NCBI GenBank assembly: GCA_963803805.1
Contig: CAWDOD010000011.1
Coordinates: forward strand, 64,001 to 128,000
Length of the DNA: 64,000 nucleotides
Origin: an uncultured cyanobacterium
GTDB taxonomy: Bacteria > Cyanobacteriota > Cyanobacteriia > Cyanobacteriales > CAWCAG01
Direction: 5' to 3'
Positions 51,851-62,885 of the stretch are shown here, in pieces; the stretch's first letter is position 1; each line of letters begins with the position of its first letter. The notes below the pieces were generated by a model. It did not search any database, was not told the origin of the DNA, and saw only the letters and a program-made list of their open reading frames with translations. Both the position numbers and the translations under genes were made by a program.

Positions 51851-52058
51851 TTTTCAATTCTCCCAAGTCTTGGAATTTGTCAGAACTTACGCACCAATTA
51901 AAATCTGTAAGGCAAGCATTGCCCAGCTTACAATATATTGGTTACACCATTAGCATATTAGCAATGACGAGAATTAAATGAAGAAGCTATTTGTCATTCC
52001 CCTGCTATTTTTAATAGCTTGCTTGTGTGCTGGTTTATAAGGAAGGAAAACTAATTAC

Positions 52059-53480
52059 TTACCTGACAACAGAATGAATCTTCAAAAAATTCGTTCCCTT
52101 CGCTTTTTGTACCGGAGAACCACCTAAAATCAGTAAAGTATCCCCCGATGCAGCTAATTTACGTTGCACTAAAAGCCCTTCAGCCAACTGAATAAAATCT
52201 TCAATCACATCCACCTGTTCCTCAACTAACAAAGGTTTCACTCCCCAAAATAGGTTCAAGCGGTGATAAATATTTTGATGGGGAGTAAAAGCAACCACCA
52301 AACTATTAGGACGTTCTGCTGCTGCTAGTCTGGCAGTATAACCTGTGGTAGTAAAAGCGGCGATGCAACGTAAATCAAGAACTTGATCAATGGTATTCAA
52401 AGCTTCGCTTAAAGCATGGGTAGTATCATTTTCTGCCGGGGGATGATTGGTGAATTGCGTATTTCTTTCTACTTCTTTAGCAATGCGTACCATCATTTTC
52501 ACTGCTTTAACGGGGTATTTCCCCACCGCAGATTCACCAGAAAGCATCACTGCATCAGTGCCATCAATAATAGCATTCGCAACATCATTAGCTTCAGCAC
52601 GGGTAGGATTAGGATTGTGCATCATACTCTCTAGCATTTGCGTAGCAGTAATCACAGGAATACCTTTTTGGTTGCACATCTTAATCATTTGCTTTTGCAA
52701 CATTGGCACTTTTTCCGGTTTCATTTCCACCCCCAAGTCTCCCCTTGCCACCATTAAGCCGTCGCACTCCTCAACAATGCTAGCTAAATTGTTAATAGCT
52801 TGAGGTTTTTCAATTTTGGCGATGACAGGTATATCTACACCCTTAACAGCGAGAATTTTTTTCAAAATCTGAATATCTTCTGCCTTACGAACAAAACTCA
52901 AAGAAATCCAATCTACCCCTTGGGATAAACCAAATTCTAAATCTTGTTTATCTTTATCTGTTAAGGAAGGCAAGCGTAGATTTAAACTTGGTAAGTTAAC
53001 TCCTTTACGACTTTTAAGAGTACCTCCTTCAATTACCCGGCATTGCACGGCTTCCCCAATGATTTTTTCTATTTTTAACTCTAAAAGTCCATCATCTAAA
53101 AGAATCTGCGCCCCAACTTCCGCTTCTTCTGCTAAAAAAGGATAATCAATAGCAACAGTATTTTCTTGATCTATAAAGTTAGAAAGAGGAACTAAAGTAA
53201 CTAAATTTTCTTCCTCCAACTCTATTTCCCCGGCTGGCAAATTGCCAACCCGAATTTTTGGTCCTTGTAAATCTTGAAGAATAGTGACCACAGTATCAAG
53301 TTCTGCTGATACTGAACGTAACAAAGAAATAGTTTTAGCATGGTTTTCATAGCTACCATGGGAGAAATTCAAACGAGCTACACTCATACCAGCTTCGATT
53401 AACTGTTTAATAACTTGTCTAGAGTTGCTAGCAGGGCCAATGGTAGCAACGATTTTGGTACGGTGAGTTAAAGGTTTCAT
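52059..53480 (-). CDS. pyk: Pyruvate kinase
   Basis: [51 protein letters not shown]. Confidence 0.97.
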   Translation of the reverse strand: MKPLTHRTKIVATIGPASNSRQVIKQLIEAGMSVARLNFSHGSYENHAKTISLLRSVSAELDTVVTILQDLQGPKIRVGNLPAGEIELEEENLVTLVPLSNFIDQENTVAIDYPFLAEEAEVGAQILLDDGLLELKIEKIIGEAVQCRVIEGGTLKSRKGVNLPSLNLRLPSLTDKDKQDLEFGLSQGVDWISLSFVRKAEDIQILKKILAVKGVDIPVIAKIEKPQAINNLASIVEECDGLMVARGDLGVEMKPEKVPMLQKQMIKMCNQKGIPVITATQMLESMMHNPNPTRAEANDVANAIIDGTDAVMLSGESAVGKYPVKAVKMMVRIAKEVERNTQFTNHPPAENDTTHALSEALNTIDQVLDLRCIAAFTTTGYTARLAAAERPNSLVVAFTPHQNIYHRLNLFWGVKPLLVEEQVDVIEDFIQLAEGLLVQRKLAASGDTLLILGGSPVQKAKGTNFLKIHSVVR

Positions 53481-53701
53481 GGTTACTCTAAATAAATTTG
53501 CCATTACTAATCCCTTGGTCAGTTAAGCATTTAACTAAAATTAATATTGTATTGAGAAAAACCTTCGGCCAAGAGAATAACCTGATGGTGTTTGAAAAAG
53601 GAAGTAAATCCGTAGAAACCCTCTTTTCTACAGTGAAGAAAAATTGCTATAAAAGGTTTATATTCTATTTGTATAAAAAACTTTTTCTTAATAAAACTTT
53701 C

Positions 53702-54478
53702 ATGAAGATTATTAAACAAACTACTCAGCAATTAAAGATAAGTGATTCGATTTCCTCTCTATTATTTGACTTATTATGGGGGGCAGCATTCAGTAGCTTA
53801 CCCTTGGTGATGGGGTGGCTGACAATGAACAACTCTGGAGTAACTAACCTCAATTGTCAACGTGTCCAGTCAGCGCAAGTAAACTGCCACCTAACAAGTT
53901 CCAAATTAATGGGCTTAACCACCGCAGAAAATCGCGTTTTAAGCGGAGTAAAAGGGACAGTTCTAGAAGCAAAAGGTCGTGAAAACAAACAAGAAGAAAG
54001 TAAGTTTTTTTTAGTCGCAGACCAAGGTAAAGTTCCTGTAAAAATTGAACAGATTGATGCCAGCAAAGTTAATAGTTTAATCGCTAGTCATCAAAAAGGG
54101 CTTTTGAAAATAAAACATGACGATCGCCTTTTCTTAGTAGCCTTTTTCCCCTTAGCGGCAATTTTTGTGGCTATTAATTTACAGCATCTTCTGACTCTAA
54201 AAATTTATTCTTGTAATTTTGATTTTACTTCAAGGAAATTAATATTTCAGGGTCAAAACTTGATTAGTAAAGACTATCAAGAATATGCTCTAGAAGATAT
54301 ACTCAACATCACATTAACAAGAGAGATAGATTCTAGAGGAGACAACTTATATCAAGCAAAATTAATTTTAGCAACAGGGGATAGCTTACCTTTATCTTCT
54401 CCAAGTATTGACTCTATTAATGCTCAAGAAATTGTCGATCAAGTGAGCAACTTTCTCAAACCTTTAAGGGATATTTGA
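53702..54478 (+). CDS. Hypothetical 2-TM membrane protein
   Basis: MKIIKQT start, two TMs, L.CQR.....V.C motif. Confidence 0.7.
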   Translation: MKIIKQTTQQLKISDSISSLLFDLLWGAAFSSLPLVMGWLTMNNSGVTNLNCQRVQSAQVNCHLTSSKLMGLTTAENRVLSGVKGTVLEAKGRENKQEESKFFLVADQGKVPVKIEQIDASKVNSLIASHQKGLLKIKHDDRLFLVAFFPLAAIFVAINLQHLLTLKIYSCNFDFTSRKLIFQGQNLISKDYQEYALEDILNITLTREIDSRGDNLYQAKLILATGDSLPLSSPSIDSINAQEIVDQVSNFLKPLRDI

Positions 54479-54523
54479 TAAATTTACCCTAGTATTAGTA
54501 GCTTGTAAAAAATCTGATTCAGA

Positions 54524-55693
54524 ATGAAAACAAAAGTAATCGGCTTAATAAGTGGTACTTCCGTAGATGGAATTGATGCTGCTTTAGTAGAAATCTCTGG
54601 CTTAGATTTAGACATTGAAGTTGAGTTATTAGCAGGAGAAACCTACCCCTATCCAACTAGCTTAAGGGAACAGATTCTCACAGTATGTGCTGGAAAAAAG
54701 CTGTCTGTAGAAGAGTTGGCAACCTTAGATGACGAAATTGCCACTCAATTTGCCCAAGCAGCCCAAAAGATTCAAGGTAAGGGCCAAACTGCTGACTTAA
54801 TTGGTTCCCACGGGCAAACAATCTTCCACCGCCCCCCCAACAGAGAACAAGCTACCCTTGGTTACAGCTTACAAATTGGTAGGGGAAGTGTAATTGCTAA
54901 TTTTACAGGCATCCCCACCGTTAGCAACTTCCGAGTAGCAGACATCGCTGCGGGGGGAGAAGGTGCGCCTCTTGTCTCTAAGGTAGATGCCTGTTTGTTA
55001 AGTCATCAAGCCCAGTATAGATGCGTTCAGAACTTGGGAGGCATTGGCAATGTAACCTACCTGCCAGCCCGTCAGGAACCTAACTGGCTTGAGCAAGTTT
55101 GTGGTTGGGATACAGGGCCAGGTAATGCTTTATTGGATCTAGCAGTACAAAGGTTGACTAAAGGCGCTCAAAGTTACGATGATGATGGTAGTTGGGCCGC
55201 TAGAGGGCAACCTTGTCAAGAGTTAGTTGACAATTGGTTACAAGCAGAGTTCTTTCGACAACCCCCTCCTAAATCTACAGGGAGAGAACTATTCAGCCCC
55301 ACTTACCTAGAAAAATGTTGGCAAGATGCCCAAGCTAAACAGTTAAGTGATGAAGATTGGTTAGCTACCTTAACCGAACTAACAGTCGCTTCTGTAGTTC
55401 ACAGCTATCAAAACTTTCTTCCTAAAATGCCAGAGGAGATCTTACTTTGTGGAGGAGGTTCTCGCAATAGCTATCTCAAGAATCGCCTAGCCAATCAATT
55501 AAAACCTGCTGCTGTCTCAACTACTGAAGAAGCAGGAATAAACACGGATTTCAAAGAAGCGATCGCCTTTGCTGTCTTGGCTTACTGGCGCTCTCAAAAC
55601 TCCTTTCCGGGTAATTTACCCAAGGTTACGGGGGCTAATCAACCGATGTTGTTGGGGGAAATCCATCTTCCTCTCTTCTCCCAAGTGTTATAA
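54524..55693 (+). CDS. anmK: Anhydro-N-acetylmuramic acid kinase
   Basis: [51 protein letters not shown]. Confidence 0.96.
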   Translation: MKTKVIGLISGTSVDGIDAALVEISGLDLDIEVELLAGETYPYPTSLREQILTVCAGKKLSVEELATLDDEIATQFAQAAQKIQGKGQTADLIGSHGQTIFHRPPNREQATLGYSLQIGRGSVIANFTGIPTVSNFRVADIAAGGEGAPLVSKVDACLLSHQAQYRCVQNLGGIGNVTYLPARQEPNWLEQVCGWDTGPGNALLDLAVQRLTKGAQSYDDDGSWAARGQPCQELVDNWLQAEFFRQPPPKSTGRELFSPTYLEKCWQDAQAKQLSDEDWLATLTELTVASVVHSYQNFLPKMPEEILLCGGGSRNSYLKNRLANQLKPAAVSTTEEAGINTDFKEAIAFAVLAYWRSQNSFPGNLPKVTGANQPMLLGEIHLPLFSQVL

Positions 55694-55838
55694 GCTCACA
55701 AAGAGTAATCTATCCCTGAAGAAAGTGTAGTTATACTTGAACATACTAGAACTTTTTTTCTCTCCCTTATTGACCAGGGATGGTTAAACTGGTTTTTAGA
55801 AACGGTAGTACAAAGATCGTCAATAATGGATACAAGCT

Positions 55839-56282
55839 GTGGGTCACACCTTTTTAATGGAGCCAGGACGATGGACACTCCAGGGAAATTGGCTGGAGAC
55901 TGAAGGAATGCCAATTATGGTCAAAGGTAGAACAATAGTTGCTTGGGGTCAGGATAACTGGTTCACCATGGTAACAAAATTAGTTTTTCCTGATACTGAT
56001 CGCTCTGGCATCTCTTTTCAATATCGAGGACGTTTGGATCGAGGAGCAAGACAATATACCTATGTGCTGCAACAAAGTCTTTTAGGTCGTATTGAAGGGG
56101 AAGGTTGGATTTGTCCTGAATCTGTGGTACAGCGTTATTGGGTATTAAATGACAATAAGAGGCGTAGTGGCTTTGAGACTTTTTATCGACTTAATAACAA
56201 TAGCTATCATCTCACCAGTAGTATTTTAGTAGGTCACAGTCTAAGTAGCACCATGGAAGCTACCCTAGAAAGACAGACCTAA
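55839..56282 (+). CDS. Conserved hypothetical beta-rich protein upstream of spkA
   Basis: Intact 147-aa ORF with GTG start, co-oriented with spkA. Confidence 0.75.
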   Translation: MGHTFLMEPGRWTLQGNWLETEGMPIMVKGRTIVAWGQDNWFTMVTKLVFPDTDRSGISFQYRGRLDRGARQYTYVLQQSLLGRIEGEGWICPESVVQRYWVLNDNKRRSGFETFYRLNNNSYHLTSSILVGHSLSSTMEATLERQT

Positions 56283-56355
56283 AAAGTTCTCAGGTTTCAC
56301 TCGCAACTTCATTCTTACCTCTTGTCCCTGTGACATTGCGATCGGAGTTTAATTT

Positions 56356-57852
56356 ATGACTAAAGACCCCAATCAAGGTCGCCGACTATCTAACCGCTAT
56401 CAACTCATTGAGATGGTAGGTAAAGGGGCTATGGGTCGAGTTTACCTGGCAGAGGACAATTTGCTTGGTGGTGTGACTGTTGCGGTTAAATTTCTCTCCC
56501 ACGCTTTGTTGAACAAGAAAATGAAAGAACGCTTCTTAAGAGAAGCAAAAATCTCTGCTTTGTTGGCAGAAAAAACTATTCATATTGTTCGTGTGCGGGA
56601 TTATGGGGTTGATGAAGACGAAATTCCTTTCTATGTTATGGAATTTTTGCAAGGAGACAGTTTAAGCGAACTAATCAAGGCTCAACCCTTCACCCTGCCA
56701 AGGTTTTTAAAATTAGCACGACAAATGTGTTTAGGTTTACAGCCTGCTCACCAAGGAATTCTTTTTGATAAAGAACAAGTAACAATCATTCATAGAGATA
56801 TTAAACCTAGCAACGTTTTAGTGATTCAAGATAGTACTTTAGGAGAACTAGTCAAGATTCTCGATTTTGGTATCGCTAAGCTAATCCAATCTGGTGGGGC
56901 CCAAACTCAATCCTTTATGGGTACTTTAGCTTATTGTTCCCCCGAACAAATGGAAGGCAAGGAACTAGATAATCGTTCTGATATCTATAGTTTGGGGGTA
57001 ATGATGTATGAAATGTTAACTGGGGATATGCCCATTATCCCAGAAACCCATAGCTTCGGTGGTTGGTACAAAGCCCATCACCGTAACCCCCCAAAACCTT
57101 TTAAAGCTGAGGTAAAAATCCCCCCTGTGTTGGGGGAATTGATCCTAAGTTGCTTAGCAAAAGACCCTAGAAAGCGTCCCCAAACCGTAGAAGATATTTT
57201 AAAAGCCCTAGAACCTTTAGAAAAACGCTTCAGCAACAATCTTAAACTCGGTCAGCGCATTGATGCTACCTTATCTGGGGTCAAAATCGAGACTCCCCTC
57301 TCACCAGAAGATATCTGTTTACGTACCACTTGGCCAGAAGATAAGCCCAACAAAAAAATAGTTTTTCCCCGTCTCATTCGCACAGAGTCTGAAGTGTTAG
57401 TGACTCTTTGGGTTATGTTGGAACAGCAGGATATTAATAATCGCCTCTTTAGTACTCGCTACAATCAATTTCTCTGTTTAATGGCTCCTCATCCCATGTT
57501 GCTATGGATTAGTGTTCTTTATAACCACAACTATGGCCCTCGTTGGTTGCGCTGCTACCTCGATCTTAAAACAGCTAACGGTCAGAAAATAGCTCGTTTA
57601 TTGGGTAAAGTAGGCTACTATCGCATCCTCTTTTTTGCTTTAGAAGACTACCAACGCTGTAAGAGTGTGATGAAATTCACCATTGACCCCAACCAATGCC
57701 AAAGGTTAATTGATTGGGCTAATGCCAGTCATACCGTAAGATCCGCAGCACAACCTAATATTAGTAGACAGGCTTTGCAAAAAGAGTTTGAGAGACTTAA
57801 ACCAAAGATACAGCTTAAGCTAGAATCTATTCAAACTAATCCTAATCTTTGA
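56356..57852 (+). CDS. spkA: Ser/Thr protein kinase SpkA-like
   Basis: GAMGRVY..ED.LLGGVTVAVKFLS.ALLN..MKERF, FMGTLAYCSPEQMEGKELD resemble Synechocystis SpkA. Confidence 0.85.
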   Translation: MTKDPNQGRRLSNRYQLIEMVGKGAMGRVYLAEDNLLGGVTVAVKFLSHALLNKKMKERFLREAKISALLAEKTIHIVRVRDYGVDEDEIPFYVMEFLQGDSLSELIKAQPFTLPRFLKLARQMCLGLQPAHQGILFDKEQVTIIHRDIKPSNVLVIQDSTLGELVKILDFGIAKLIQSGGAQTQSFMGTLAYCSPEQMEGKELDNRSDIYSLGVMMYEMLTGDMPIIPETHSFGGWYKAHHRNPPKPFKAEVKIPPVLGELILSCLAKDPRKRPQTVEDILKALEPLEKRFSNNLKLGQRIDATLSGVKIETPLSPEDICLRTTWPEDKPNKKIVFPRLIRTESEVLVTLWVMLEQQDINNRLFSTRYNQFLCLMAPHPMLLWISVLYNHNYGPRWLRCYLDLKTANGQKIARLLGKVGYYRILFFALEDYQRCKSVMKFTIDPNQCQRLIDWANASHTVRSAAQPNISRQALQKEFERLKPKIQLKLESIQTNPNL

Positions 57853-57930
57853 GGTAATGGCTAATTGCTAGTTGCTAGTTGCTAGTTGCTCAGTGATAAA
57901 TGTTTAATAATAAATGATAAATGAAATGGT

Positions 57931-60264
57931 ATGACTGTTGATAAAGTACGTAAAGTTCGTAAATATCGTACCAAAAGAATTGTTGGGGGGAAGCGTCGCG
58001 GAGTTCCCCCTTGGGCTGTAAAGTTCGGAGTTGCCATGACCCTATTAACAACCGTAGGTATTATGGTTGGGGGGGCTTGGTTAAGTTTGATGCTGATTAT
58101 TAATCCTGATTCTGTAGTTTGGCTAAATCGCTACTTACCAGAATGGACGCGCATTCCTTTAGATGTTTCTAACCCTCCTCAAACCTTGGCAGAAATTAAG
58201 CTAGAAGCTAGGGAAGCACAATTACGCTTGGGAGAGGCTTTTAAGTTGGATTCAGAAGTACTTTTTCCTTTATGGCGTAAGCAAGTTAATTGCCAAACCA
58301 ACTGTGAGAAAATTGTTGAATTGAGGGTTTATCAACCTGTCGAGGGAACGAAGAAAGAAGCACAAAAATATCGCTTAGTGAGGGCATTAGATGTACCGAA
58401 AGTAGAAGAAATTGCGGCGATCGCACCTTTGAGAGAATTAGAAAAAGAAGGTTTTGCTACCACTCGTTCCTTACCTTTTCGCCAGCTTAGTGAGTTACCG
58501 GATTCTCCTCCTTCGGGGGTTTGGCTTAACCTAAGCGGAGAATTTGTCCGCACGGATACTAAGCTGCTTTATGGTTATATTTTCCACTATAACCCCAACT
58601 CCATGCACCTTAGCCCCCTGATGGAATGGTCAACTACTACAGGCAAAATTCCCCAATGGCAAGAAGTGACAGGGGGAAATGAAAGTACCCAGGAATTATT
58701 AATCAATCAAAGCGTTGGCTTAGAACCAAAATTTAAGGTCTTTCACCTTAAACCTCGTAACTTTGCCCCTGATCCCATTAGTTTAGAAGAAATTTCTTTG
58801 CGGGAACCGGCTATTGATAAGCCAGCATTGAAAAAAGAATATCAGCAGGTTTTTGCCTTAAGTAGCGATGGTTTATGGTCACCTGCTTTAAAAAGGTTCC
58901 AAACTTTAAAAGATAAAGCCACCCCAGAAGAATGGAATCCCCAAGCCCAAGAACAATTAGATGTGATTGCTTTACACGCCAAAATCACTAAAGAACAGTG
59001 CGAAAAACCTTGGGCTAGTCCTAGCCAACAAATTTTAGCTTGCTTAATTGATGGCCGTTTAAAAGATTCTTTGGATTTGTTTCAAGTTTCCCTGAATGAA
59101 ACCACTGCCCCAGAAATTACTACTCTCCTCAAAACTGATTCAGGAAGACTCTGGAAGCGGGTACAAGCGGCCTTAGAGGTTAATCCTCAAGATTTTGAAG
59201 CGAAGGCTTGGGGGGCGCTAATTTTGGCTAGTCAACAGGATAGAAAACGGGCGATTTCTTGGCTAGAAGAGTTACCCCAAAATCAGCCAGAAACCTTAGC
59301 AAAAATTAAAATTATCCTTGACCAATTAGATAATGTTGCTATCTCCGTCAAGAATACCCCTATGGTTAGCTTAACAGCTAGCAGAATTATTGGTTTGGCT
59401 CAAAGGGTAGAAAGTATTGACTCTCAAGCCTGGCTACCCTATCCTGATCCAGTACTTCTGCCTTTAGAAGGACAGCAGGTTTGGTATCAAATTCAAGTTT
59501 CTACCTTTAACAATGGCAGTGGTTGGCAAAAACCACCTTTTTCCAACCTGCAACCGCCCCAAGGTAACTCAGGAAGGGAGTTGGCCAAGCAATTGGGTTT
59601 GGAGATAGATTCTAGTATTGAGATTGCTGCTTGGACTCAAGGAGGTCAAAGACAGTCTATCTTAGGAGCAGTTAAAGCAGTGCAGTTTAATGGAGGAGTG
59701 CTTAAGTTGCTGGCGGTGGGAGACAATCTTGCTAACCTCAATCCAGGAACCATCAGTCCTAACCGTCGTCCCTTTGCCCATAGCGTTTCTGCTTTAAACT
59801 GGTTAGAACCTGGTTCTGTTAGTCTAGCGGATCTTCATCAAATGCAACCAGAGTGGGTAGCTAAGTTGCTTCCTGCTATTTGGCGAGATTTGCAAGCTAG
59901 TGGTAAAGTTGCCTCTGGAGAAGCCCCCAAGGTGGCAGAATTGTTATCTCAAATTGGCCACTGGTCTATTCGCCCCGTAGATTTAACTGGAAATGACCAG
60001 CCAGAAGCAATTTTAACTTTATACGAAGAAGCTTCAGGAAATCTCAATAATTTAGCAACCTCTCCTGATGCCGCGAAAAAGCCCCGTACCATGATTATTT
60101 CCGATGGGGGGAGGGTTATTTATAGCGAGTTCACCAAAAATCAAGGTAATTCTTGGCTGGCGATCGCCGATTTAGGAGAAAAAGGCAGTTCCGGGTTAGT
60201 TGTTGATAATGGTAAAGATTATTTTCTTAAACGTTGGTCTGCAAATACTCAGGGGTTTGAGTAG
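57931..60264 (+). CDS. Large membrane-anchored hypothetical protein
   Basis: 777-aa ORF; basic N-terminus plus TM; DLTGNDQPE loop near the C-terminus. Confidence 0.8.
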   Translation: MTVDKVRKVRKYRTKRIVGGKRRGVPPWAVKFGVAMTLLTTVGIMVGGAWLSLMLIINPDSVVWLNRYLPEWTRIPLDVSNPPQTLAEIKLEAREAQLRLGEAFKLDSEVLFPLWRKQVNCQTNCEKIVELRVYQPVEGTKKEAQKYRLVRALDVPKVEEIAAIAPLRELEKEGFATTRSLPFRQLSELPDSPPSGVWLNLSGEFVRTDTKLLYGYIFHYNPNSMHLSPLMEWSTTTGKIPQWQEVTGGNESTQELLINQSVGLEPKFKVFHLKPRNFAPDPISLEEISLREPAIDKPALKKEYQQVFALSSDGLWSPALKRFQTLKDKATPEEWNPQAQEQLDVIALHAKITKEQCEKPWASPSQQILACLIDGRLKDSLDLFQVSLNETTAPEITTLLKTDSGRLWKRVQAALEVNPQDFEAKAWGALILASQQDRKRAISWLEELPQNQPETLAKIKIILDQLDNVAISVKNTPMVSLTASRIIGLAQRVESIDSQAWLPYPDPVLLPLEGQQVWYQIQVSTFNNGSGWQKPPFSNLQPPQGNSGRELAKQLGLEIDSSIEIAAWTQGGQRQSILGAVKAVQFNGGVLKLLAVGDNLANLNPGTISPNRRPFAHSVSALNWLEPGSVSLADLHQMQPEWVAKLLPAIWRDLQASGKVASGEAPKVAELLSQIGHWSIRPVDLTGNDQPEAILTLYEEASGNLNNLATSPDAAKKPRTMIISDGGRVIYSEFTKNQGNSWLAIADLGEKGSSGLVVDNGKDYFLKRWSANTQGFE

Positions 60265-60302
60265 AATTAAGGCAAGGGAAAATATAACTCAGGGAAATAA
60301 TC

Positions 60303-60548
60303 TTGGCGATTAAACCACAAAATAAAAAGGTTATTGATTCTGATACAAAGTTTGCTTTATTGGTTTTTGGGATTCCTATTGCTGGTCTAATTTACTGTGG
60401 CTTAGGTATCACAGCGATGGTTTCTTTTCCTTTCCTGAGACAACACGCTCTAATTTCCGGCGGACTCTTTATTTTTACTCCCTTTAGTGTTGCTGCTTCG
60501 ATTTGGATTAGGGCTTCGGCGAAAGCTTATAGGAAGACGGGAAAGTAA
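60303..60548 (+). CDS. Small 2-TM hypothetical protein
   Basis: Two hydrophobic helices, basic C-terminus. Confidence 0.65.
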   Translation: MAIKPQNKKVIDSDTKFALLVFGIPIAGLIYCGLGITAMVSFPFLRQHALISGGLFIFTPFSVAASIWIRASAKAYRKTGK

Positions 60549-60595
60549 TAAGTGATAAGTAATAAGTAATACCATTAGCTACTAGCAATTAGCCA

Positions 60596-61288
60596 CTAGC
60601 CTTGAACAACAAGATAACTAAGCCTATCAATTTTTCCTCCCACAGCTACCGCACCGAAATAATCTTTTCCTAATTGAATATCTTCCAAAAACCAACCAGG
60701 CATATTAATTAATTTTGCTGGTTCTTTTGGTAGCAAAGAAACTTCTACTTCCTCTAAACCTCCTCCTAAACCTTCTCCTGTTGCTTTTAAATAAGCTTCT
60801 TTGCGAGTCCAAGCACGAAAGAAAGCTTGCTTTTGTTCTTGCGGTGGTAAACTTTTGATAATATCTTGTTCCCTCGGTGAAAAGAAACGTTGGGCAATTT
60901 TTTCTACAGGTTTTGTTGCCTTAAATTCTTCAACATCAATGCCCACAGGAAGGTTTTTGGTTATGGCATAAAGAGCTAAATCCCCAGAATGGGAGAGGTT
61001 AAAATGCAGTTGTTCCCCTTTTAAATATGGTTTACCTCGCTCTCCATAACTGAATTGTAGTTGCTTTGGTTCAATGTCTAAATAAGCACCAAGGATTTTT
61101 CTCAACATTCCCCGACAAGCAGTAAAGCGGAAAGAATCTTTAGGGAAATGAAAGCGTTTTGCCTTTTGTTGTTCTTCTGGGCAAAGTAGTTGAGATAATT
61201 CTGGTATCTGATCTGAAAATTGATTTAGCCAAAAACGCCAAATGTGAAGATTGTTATCAGGTAAGACCAATTTACTAGCAAGCTGCAT
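60596..61288 (-). CDS. Sfp/HetI-type 4'-phosphopantetheinyl transferase
   Basis: GKP.L, FNLSHS, VGIDVE, WTRKEAYLKATGEGL; start set at MQLASK. Confidence 0.93.
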   Translation of the reverse strand: MQLASKLVLPDNNLHIWRFWLNQFSDQIPELSQLLCPEEQQKAKRFHFPKDSFRFTACRGMLRKILGAYLDIEPKQLQFSYGERGKPYLKGEQLHFNLSHSGDLALYAITKNLPVGIDVEEFKATKPVEKIAQRFFSPREQDIIKSLPPQEQKQAFFRAWTRKEAYLKATGEGLGGGLEEVEVSLLPKEPAKLINMPGWFLEDIQLGKDYFGAVAVGGKIDRLSYLVVQG

Positions 61289-61596
61289 TTTAAGGTTGTA
61301 TGGCAATTCTAGGGTGAGATTTGAACAAAGAGTTAAATGTTTTAGGGAAATTAGGGAATAGTCAACAGGGAAAAAATAACGCAATTACACCTCAAATTAG
61401 TTGGGATTTTCTGTTGATAGGCGATCGCAGATTAACAGACATGAGAAAAGTTCTCACTTCCTCTACTCCTTTTCCCTATAAATAACCTATGTTCCTAAAG
61501 TGAAGTTGGTATAATGTACACAAATTTCTGCTGTGATGCTAGCTAATTTAGCTCAAAAAGTTTGCTAAGCTGATAATTCTTTATGCCTGAGCGGTT

Positions 61597-62154
61597 ATGA
61601 CCCAGACTATCACCAAAACCCCAACCTTAGAAGAATTTTTACAACGAGAAGAAACTAAACCAGCTTCGGAGTTTATTAATGGTCAAATTATTCAAAAATC
61701 TATGCCACAAGGAGAACATAGTCGTTTGCAGTATAAAATTTGTACTGCTGTCAACAATATAACTGAACCCGCTAAAATCGCTTTGGCTTTTCCTGAGTTG
61801 CGTTGTACTTTGGGTAATCAATCTATTGTTCCCGATGCAACGGTATTTCGCTGGTCAAGAATTCCCCGTACTGCTTCTGGAAAAATTGCTAATCGTTTTG
61901 AGATTCATCCTGATTGGTCAATAGAAATTTTATCCCCAGGTCAAAATTTTTCTAAGGTGTTGGGTAAACTTTTGCACTGTTCTATTCAAGGTACAGAGTT
62001 GGGTTGGTTAGTTAACTCAACAGAAGAGAGTATTTTGGTTGTACATCCTCAACAAAGGGTGCAGTTGTTACAAGGAAATGAGGTTTTACCTGTATTGAAT
62101 GGGGTGGAGTTAGAGTTAAAGGTTGAGGACGTTTTTGCTTGGTTACAAATTTAG
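61597..62154 (+). CDS. Uma2-family (DUF820) endonuclease-like protein
   Basis: TLEEFL...ETKPASE, FPELRC, VPD, PDWSIEILSP. Confidence 0.92.
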   Translation: MTQTITKTPTLEEFLQREETKPASEFINGQIIQKSMPQGEHSRLQYKICTAVNNITEPAKIALAFPELRCTLGNQSIVPDATVFRWSRIPRTASGKIANRFEIHPDWSIEILSPGQNFSKVLGKLLHCSIQGTELGWLVNSTEESILVVHPQQRVQLLQGNEVLPVLNGVELELKVEDVFAWLQI

Positions 62155-62264
62155 TTCTAGAGAACTCCAATAAATAAAATAGCCTCACCAAGTATACTAT
62201 TTTAGTAACTAGCCATTAGCCATTCTGAAAACGCTTTTTAAAAGGCATTTTTAACTCTTTTAAG

Positions 62265-62393
62265 TTATTGATTAAAAACCGTCTGTCTTGGTTGGGGATA
62301 GTAGGGATTTTTAGAAACTCCTCCTTTGCTAGTATCTTCCTCTTCTTCGGTAATTTCTTCAGTAACAATCCAGATTGTTTCTGGTTCTGACAT
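62265..62393 (-). pseudogene. Truncated N-terminus resembling cyanobacterial Pepco (trypsin-co-occurring) proteins
   Basis: MSEPETIWIVTEEITEEEEDTSKGG...; stops after 42 aa. Confidence 0.45.
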
Positions 62394-62495
62394 AGTATTT
62401 AACTAGGAATGTGGATATTTTTATTGTAAAGGGATGGAGGGAAGGGAGAAGATAAGCAAGTCTAAATTGAGTATCAAAAAAAAATTGCCAATACA

Positions 62496-62577
62496 GGACT
62501 TACGCAGCTACACCATATATAGATTCAAAGGTGCGTTACGCTAACACACCCTGCCAATAGAGGCTTTGCGTAAGTCC
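62496..62577. mobile_element. MITE/REP-type element with 11-bp inverted ends
   Basis: GGACTTACGCA / TGCGTAAGTCC; internal GGTGCGTTACGCTAACACACC palindrome; half copy at 51881. Confidence 0.7.
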
Positions 62578-62628
62578 CACAATATTTTTTATATCAGCAT
62601 CAGCTTGAAATCTAACTTGAGCCATCAT
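62578..62628 (-). pseudogene. N-terminal stub of a DUF5615-type PIN-like protein running into the MITE
   Basis: MMAQVRFQADADIKNIV. Confidence 0.5.
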
Positions 62629-62885
62629 ACTTTCTGCGAAGACTTTAACAGACATAGATTTAATATGAAATAGTTTAAATATCTTGTCGCTACAGTTCCA
62701 CATTAGTTAACTTAGGGGAGATTAGGGAAAAATAAATTTAGAACTTGTGAAAAATTAAGGGAGTTTATTTTTTTGATGAAGATTGAATAAAGTGCAGACA
62801 AGCTTTTCAAGCCTGTGACACAATTGTGGAGGATACCAAACCTCCCCAGCCAATCCACCGAAGTTTACCTTTAATTCTGGGAGTC

